From Octopus vulgaris (lineage: Eukaryota), in contig OX597821.1 in assembly GCA_951406725.2 (NCBI GenBank), forward strand, positions 4,960,001 through 5,024,000: a DNA stretch of 64,000 nucleotides, written 5' to 3'. Position 1 is the first letter of the stretch; every line of letters starts with the position of its first letter. Position numbers and translations under genes: made by a program. Under the pieces are notes generated by a model. That model saw nothing but the letters and a program-made list of their open reading frames with translations. It did no database searches and was not told the DNA's origin. Positions 56,689 through 64,000 of this stretch are shown here, one piece after another.

Positions 56689-56849
56689 AAAGATATATTT
56701 TTCCAACACGTAAATACTGAACAGTATATATAAAGGATTTAGATACTTTTAAGAGCAGAAAAATTTACCGGCAAATTTTTCTGCTCTTAAAAGGATCTTA
56801 TCCTTTATATGTACTGTTCAGTATTTACGTGTTGGAAAAATATATCTTT
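56689..56849. repeat. Long inverted repeat (about 77-bp arms)
   Basis: aaagatatatttttccaacacgtaaatactgaacagta.. / ..tactgttcagtatttacgtgttggaaaaatatatcttt. Confidence 0.9.
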
Positions 56850-57335
56850 CTATTTGTTCTACAATACATTTCAACGCTTCAAAAATAAACTTATATTTGT
56901 TTACATATGACATAAAAAGAAATATTTCAGCACCAACCCAAAGCGAATAACCAAGGACCAGGTAAAAGAAAATAAAGCGCAACGGCAAGTCGAGCAAGGG
57001 ATATTAACTGTGGGAGAAACCCTCAAAACTAATCTAAGTGCGCAGACTCATAAACTGACGTCTTGCAACTTATTAAGCGATAGATGCAATGGTAATATGG
57101 AGAATGTCACATATGGTTAATAGTGTGTGTGCATAAAATCACAACAGACGCTTTCACTTCTCAGCTGACAGTAAGAATCAATTTAATTACCAATTTCGCT
57201 TGTAGATGAGAAAGAGCGCTCTGAAGATTCCATTACTTGCATACCCATATGTGGATCTTAGAAGAACCTACGAACAGATACCTTAAATATGTCACGAGTA
57301 AAAGACAAATAATTCTGCTGGTCAAGACATCCATG

Positions 57336-57554
57336 TACGGGGCTTTCTGAAAAGTTCCTGGTTTTAAGGGTATCGCAAAAGCATTGTTAGAGACCCAAAC
57401 TTCCAAGTTCTTTTACAGGGCTTAAAAAAACAAAAGGGCTGCTGCAATACATGTGTGAATCTGCGAGGGGTATGCGTTGAATAAGATCATAATTAATTGA
57501 TCCTCCTGTATATTCTTTTACCAAAAGCCAAGAACTTTTCAGTCCTCACTCGTA
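57336..57554 (+). mobile_element. Mariner-derived MITE
   Basis: TA-flanked TIRs (tacgggg..ctgaaaagttcctgg / ccaagaacttttcag..ctcgta) and a transposase C-terminal remnant ..CVNLRGVCVE*. Confidence 0.75.
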
Positions 57555-57805
57555 TATTACAAAAACTAACCCAAGGCGACTCCTTCTCACACCTGTCTTT
57601 CTTTCTAGCGTCAACATATTTAACAAACTTGTTAAAACAGGTTGGATTCAGAATTTCTGAGGGTCGTGAATTATATTTTATTCAAGTACCACCTGAGATT
57701 TACGTTATATATCGTAAACAACTAGATATCTTTCATGTGTCAACAAAAAGAAAATCTACATTGGTTTCCATAGTAAAAGCACTCAGTAAACAAGATTCAT
57801 ACAAA

Positions 57806-57863
<58 letters not shown>

Positions 57864-57894
57864 GCTACTACTACTAATACTACTACTACTACTA

Positions 57895-57933
<39 letters not shown>

Positions 57934-57936
<3 letters not shown>

Positions 57937-58042
57937 CATGTGCCTGGTGTACCCTTATCAGACGGGTGGTCATGATGGGTATATTGGGCTTCGTATATTT
58001 TACCCCAGTGTCACTTTGATGGCATGAACTGCTCTCTCACCC
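57934..58042 (+). mobile_element. (AAT)n-associated element, strongly 5'-truncated
   Basis: Only the last ~110 bp, with (AAT)n on both sides. Confidence 0.85.
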
Positions 58043-58067
58043 AATAATAATAATAATAATAATAATG

Positions 58068-58141
<74 letters not shown>

Positions 58142-58351
58142 CTTGTCTGCTCTAGGGACGAGGCCCGAAATTTTGAGGGAGCGGGCCAGTCGATTAGATC
58201 GACCCCAGTACGTAACTGCTTCTTAATTTATTGGCCTCCAAAGGATGAAAGGCAAAGTCAACCGCGGTGGTATTTGAACTCAGAATATCGCGACGGGTGG
58301 AATATCGCTAAGCATTTTGTCCAGAGTGCTAGCAATTCTTCCAACAACAGC

Positions 58352-58387
<36 letters not shown>

Positions 58388-58451
58388 AATAATAATAATA
58401 ATAATAATAATGATAATAATAATAATAATAATGATAATAATAATGATGATG

Positions 58452-60530
58452 ATTTCTTTATTAACCACAAGAGTTTACATGAAGAAAAACATTATGGGCA
58501 GCACAGGGCAAAATATAAAAGTGTGTGTAGTTGTGAAGGTCTTGCGTGTAATTAAGACTGATATAATTTTAAGAAAGGGAGATCAATAATGTGTAATCCT
58601 CAATAGGGAGGCGGCGTTCGAGGGCTGGTAATGAAAAAGAACCATAAAAACTATGGGCACCCTGCCTTTTCCTTTCCTTTTCGTTTCCTTTCCTCGTTCC
58701 AACTACAGGCGTATGCTCAGGGTAAGCCCGTACATTCATACTGTTGGTTTTGCACACGTCCATGCTGTCGGAACAAGAGAAGAAAAGATAGGAAAAAAGT
58801 TACCTAGTTTTGTTTGGGAAGGCGAAGACTCCGTCTCTCTCGTTGGCTTGGGGAGTTTCCAGCAGCAAATCACCAGGAATTTTCTTGGTTATATTCTGGC
58901 GAAAATATTTCCTGTTGGAAATGGGTTTTTCAGTTTGTGTATATGTTTTGCGTTGTTTAAATGATCTACACGTGTCCTTGTAGGGAGAATGTGTGTGTGA
59001 CAAACTCTTTTGGTGTAATGTTTTTGTGTGTGTGTGTTATATATTTCAATAATTCATCGCTGTTTGAATTTATTGCCATGTTGTTCGTAATGTTACTGTC
59101 TTTATTTTCTACTTGTTATTGTTGTTGATGCTGTGGTTGTTGTTGTTGTGGTGATGGTGGTGGTGGTGAGGGTAGTGATGGTGAGGGTAGTGATGGTTGT
59201 GATTGTTGTTGTTGTTGTTGCGTGTGTGGAATGGCTTGTGTTTCAGGTATTATAGGTGGTGGTGTCGATGCAGTGTTTGTTATTGGCCGTGCTTGTTGTT
59301 TTTGTTGTTTTGACATTTTTCCTTTCCACTTCTTGAACGGATGAGGATTGTTGTTGTTGCTGTTGTTTGTCCATATGTTTACGTTTTTGGGGGGTTTCTG
59401 TTTGTGACTGCTAGGTCTTCATCGCGGTCCGTCTCCCCAGCTATGATGTCCATCCGCTCTGCATCGCGAAGTAGAACATTACGGTTAGAGAAGTGTTTGC
59501 GTGAACTCGGTGTCGGTATAGTTGTTGGTGTTGGTGGTGCTGTGGCTGAATCTGCTGATGTTGACGGTACTGCTGATGGTGTCCCTGGAATTTTGGTGGC
59601 CGTTGTCGGTGTAGAAAGGAAAGGTGCCCATCTGTTTTTTTCGTTTAGCTTGGGGCAGTCGATTTTTAAATGCTTAGGTGAATAGCAAAAGCAGCACTTT
59701 GATTTTCTTCCATCAACTCTGGCAGGAATTATGCTGGCTCCAGGAAAAAGGATCTGGTCTAGAATGAGATCCACATTCTTTTGTGTTGTTTGTATTGGGA
59801 GTTCCACGGTAATCCCAGACCAGTTTTCCTTTTTGGTCTGATAGGCTTCGAGGACTTTCGAGTTTTCCTCAATGCCTATTATCCCTGATGTAATTAGCCA
59901 TGGAATGGCTATTTCTGGCGGCACCTGATGGATTATAATTTTGTCAGTCTCTGACTGCAGTAGTAAGGTAACTAGCAACAACTGCTGGCTCTTGGGGGGA
60001 TTCAGAGTGTGATGTTTGTCTTCTTCCTCGGTGCGGAATCGGACGTCCACCATTCCATAGGGATTTCCTCTCTATATATATATTCCTTTAGACGGAGCCT
60101 AAAGCTTGTTGTATCTGAGCCTCTATGGATCTTTCCACGCTCCTTGATTTTAACCAGATTGTATGGTACGTCACTGTGCGACTTATCGTAGCTTGGATTG
60201 TCTCATCTCTCTGTCGTCTAGCTGTCTGGATTATTTCAGTTCTTCTGAGAATTCTATTTTCTGGAGAGATGATTGATTTACTCCAGCGAATGAAAGCTTT
60301 GAAAGCTGTCCCAAGCCGTTGTAGCAGTTTGCGTTTTAGCTCTTTCATTGTCTTTGTCACTGTTATTGTTGCTTTTGATGCTGCCGCTGTTGGTTTTGTT
60401 GTTGCTGTCGTCACATTTGTTACTGTTGTTGTTGTTGATTGTGCTGTTATTGGTCTTGCTGCTGTTGCTGTTATTTGCAGCCATCTCATCCACTGTCTCG
60501 CTCACGGAAGGGCCTTCATCGCTTACACTC
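58452..60530 (-). mobile_element. ORF1-only (HAL1-like) non-autonomous retroelement
   Basis: About 2.1 kb; disrupted gag/ORF1-like coding region; no RT or endonuclease seen; 3' end AATAAA then an (ATC/ATT)n tract. Confidence 0.6.
59379..60053 (-). pseudogene. Retroelement ORF1/gag-like protein with CCHC zinc knuckle
   Basis: VDGRKSKC-CF-C-YSPK-H-LKID-C (CX2CX4HX4C at 59655-59696); probably continues by frameshifts into 60088-60489 and 59116-59316. Confidence 0.7.
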
Positions 60531-61039
60531 TCGAATACCGGACAGTGGCTCTCATGGCTTCTGATCTTAACTAACTGGTAGTGTTATCATGTACATTGAT
60601 TTGTCTTGGTATAAAAGATAGTCTACAGTAAATATTCTGCTCAATACCACAGATTTTCTTGTCAATTGTTTGACCTTAAACAGTTGCGCATGTCCCTTAG
60701 TGGCTGACGATATGTGTATCTCTGATGTGTTGAGAGGAATTCTTGGAGTTTTGGATTATTCACCTTTGGAAATATGGGTGGACCGTTCAACATCCTTAAA
60801 CAACACTTATTCAGGGACTTTTTGAGCAGGATGGGCTACTCGACCTGAAGAAAATTCTAACGGGGCCCCACCTGCAAGGTCATGGGCTGCTTATCTTGAT
60901 ATGATGTCACCATGTCGTGCAAGTATTGTTGTGATGCATGTGCCTGATGTACCCTTATCAGACGGGCAGTCATGATAGATATACTGGGCTTAGTATAATT
61001 TACCCGTGTCACTTTGATGGCATGCACTCTCTCTCACTC
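60531..61039 (+). mobile_element. (AAT)n-associated element copy
   Basis: Reverse-complement match to 23433-23993; ends ctctctcactc aataac. Confidence 0.85.
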
Positions 61040-61087
61040 AATAACAACAACAACAACAATGGTGATGATGATGATGATGGTAATAAA

Positions 61088-61602
61088 ATGACCTGATGCA
61101 ATATTAGTCACTGGCTCTCTTGGCATCTTATCTTAACTGATTGAAAGTATTGTCATGGATGTGTCTTGGTATAATAGATGGGCTACAGCAAATATTCTGA
61201 TTGTTAGTTGTTTCGTCTTAACCAACTGAGTATGTTGTTTGGTGACTGACGAGATATACATCTCTGATCACGTGCAGGAGTACTGGGGGAGCATCATAGC
61301 CATGTATTGAGAGAAATTATTTGGAGTTTGAATAATTCGCCTCTGGAAACATGGGTGTTTCGTTCAACATACTTAAAGCAACCTTATTCAGGGTCCTTTT
61401 GAACGGGTTGGGTTACTCGACCGGAAGAAAATCCCAGCTGCGCCACACCTGTAAGGTTATGTGCTGTTTATCTAGATATGAGATCTCCATGTCGCACACA
61501 TGCTGTGGTGTATGTGCCCTATGTACGCTCATCAGACGGGTAGTCATGGTGGGTATATTGGGCTTCGTATATTTTACCTCAGTGCCACTTTGTCACTGCT
61601 CT
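61088..61602 (+). mobile_element. (AAT)n-associated element, older copy
   Basis: Colinear but more diverged; preceded by (GAT)/(AAT) repeats. Confidence 0.8.
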
Positions 61603-61609
61603 TGTACTT

Positions 61610-62052
61610 GCAGATTTTGACACAAAGGCAACAATTTTGGGTGAAGGGTTAAGCTAATTACATCGACCCCAATGTTCAACTCGGGTACTTATTCTATTGA
61701 CTTCGAAACATGAAAGCGAAGTCGGCCTCGAGGGAATTTGAACTCACAACGTAGTAGCAGATGAAATACAGATAAGCATTTCAAATGGTGTGCTAACGAT
61801 TCTGCCAGCTCACCTTAATAGTAATAATAATAATAATCATTTCTGTTATAGGCACAATGCCTGAGATTTGTGAAGAGTGGGATAGTCAATCACATCGACC
61901 CAGTACTCAACTGGTATTTGATTTATCGACGCTTGAAGGGAGGAAAGGCAAAATCGACATCGGAGGTATTTGAACTCAGAAAGTAAAGACCGACGAAATG
62001 CCGCTAAGCATTTTGTGCAGCGTGCTAACGTTTCTGCCAGTACACCGCCTTA
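61610..62052 (-). mobile_element. Two SINE family A copies
   Basis: atcgaccc..gtacttatt..gaatttgaactca motifs; heads end ctgccagctcacctt and ctgccagtacaccgcctt. Confidence 0.8.
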
Positions 62053-62138
62053 ATACTACTAATAATAATCATATCAATAACAATATTGATGATGATGATG
62101 ATGCTGATGATGATGATGATAATAATAATAATAATAAT

Positions 62139-62174
<36 letters not shown>

Positions 62175-62504
62175 AATAATAACAAATAATAATAATAATA
62201 ATAATGATAATAATAATAATAATAATAACAATAATAGTAATGATAATAATAATAATAATGCAGACGGTCACACATATTTATCAAACACGCATCGTCGTAA
62301 AGTGTAATCACTAAGTGAACGTAGAATCGAAATCTACAAAGATCCTTACATCTGTGTTTGAAATTCTAATCTAAAAACCATTAGGGTGAATTCCTCTTAA
62401 CACCGTCAGTTTGTTCTAAGCATACATACATACATATATACAAGCATACAAGCATACAAGAATACATACATACATATATACAAACATACATACATACATA
62501 AATG

Positions 62505-62538
<34 letters not shown>

Positions 62539-62541
62539 CGC

Positions 62542-62577
<36 letters not shown>

Positions 62578-62761
62578 GTATATGTATATATATATATGTA
62601 TATATATGTATATATATGTGTAGGTATATACATATATGTATTCATATGTATACGTACACGCATATATATATATATATACGTGCATATACATATATTTGTA
62701 TATATATACATACATATATATATATACACATATATACATATATATATATATACATACATAC

Positions 62762-62823
<62 letters not shown>

Positions 62824-63218
62824 GTGCATTGCTGTTTGTTTAGTTCTAGTCATTAGTCAGCATTTCATTCGCTAGAGATTTGTTTTAAGGTCATCTTTAA
62901 AATCACATCGTAACTAGATTCTTCTTTATGGATGGCTACCGCTTGTCTTTGATGTTCTTTGAATTCGTTCCGACATTTCGGCTACGATATGACACGCTTG
63001 TTAATATTTGATGGCAATCTGGTTTAAAGCATTTCGGGTTAAATCTAAGATCACCTCTATTAATATTACCGCTTTACTACGTCATTTTTGCTTTTAAAGC
63101 CGTTCACTTTAAATGCTGCAAAGTAATTTTATTTGTCCCTCTTACACTGTCTCTCAATTTCGTATTCTCTTTCAATCTAATATAAAAATGTGTATATCTT
63201 CGTCTGAGGGATTGTACT

Positions 63219-63308
<90 letters not shown>

Positions 63309-63549
63309 TATGTATGTATGTATGTAAGCACGCATGTACTTAAATCTGTTTTTAGCACCATATTTTCATTCGTTCATTTTCCTACCCCACTGTGTGCACA
63401 TAGACATACGTACCTGTTTCTCTGCGTGTGTGCTTGTATGTGTATGTATCTATGCTATAAAGAGGGAGGGAGAGGAAAAATAAAATTGTATATATGTATG
63501 TATTCACACATACACACACACATATACATATATACATACATACATACGA

Positions 63550-63590
<41 letters not shown>

Positions 63591-63631
63591 TATATACATA
63601 TATATATACATATATATTCATATATACATAT

Positions 63632-63703
<72 letters not shown>

Positions 63704-63707
<4 letters not shown>

Positions 63708-63890
63708 AGAATTCGCGAAAAATACTAGAGACGAAGACAGGTGGTGTAGAAAACAAACAGATGTATTAATATAACGCTCGGGAATTGAAAATGTATTTTA
63801 CGTTTCGAGCCTACGCTCTTCCACAGAAAGGAACACAGAAAGAAACAAGGAGAAAAAAATGTGTGTAGTGGCTACCGATCTATCATGGCG
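63704..63890 (-). mobile_element. Short Penelope-like element with minimal HHR (core CUGUGGA at 63796-63830)
   Basis: cttt CTGTGGA a gagc gtag gctc GAAA cg TA aaa; homologous to 660-830. Confidence 0.65.
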
Positions 63891-64000
63891 ATGTATGTAT
63901 GTATGTACGCATGCATTCCGAAATATTTTTCCGTTATTAGTACTTTTTGTTGAGAGCTTCGTCTTTGTGTACGCTTGCAAGAAGACGAGTGAAGCAAATT

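Noticed and set aside
60695-60790. CUGACGA..GAAA inside the (AAT)n-associated element as an HHR
   Set aside because: No stem I or proper stem II pairing around the core in any copy.

Overview
AT-rich eukaryotic non-coding DNA, very dense in microsatellites ((TA)n, (AAT)n, (AGT)n, (GATA)n, (TACA)n). The repeat families suggest an octopus or other cephalopod genome (inference from recognition, not a database result). I found no convincing host protein-coding exon; almost all ORFs in the track are microsatellite translations. Content: dozens of copies of at least three tRNA-headed SINE families (one as a 7-unit tandem array), decayed mariner transposons, MITEs, a non-autonomous Helitron, two RLE-type (R4/Dong-like) retrotransposon fragments, a CR1/L2 tail, an ORF1-only (HAL1-like) element, and a ~560-bp non-coding element whose intact ends abut (AAT)n-type arrays. 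The most notable signal is a set of about a dozen hammerhead ribozyme (HHR) motifs. Two have fully canonical type I cores with long stem II (6632-6709, 45421-45511); the second sits in a 583-bp retrozyme-like unit bounded by 30-bp direct repeats. There is also a three-copy family with a non-canonical CUGUNGA core, and several HHRs inside Penelope-like inverted repeats. All alignments and folds were done by eye, and boundaries of decayed elements are approximate.
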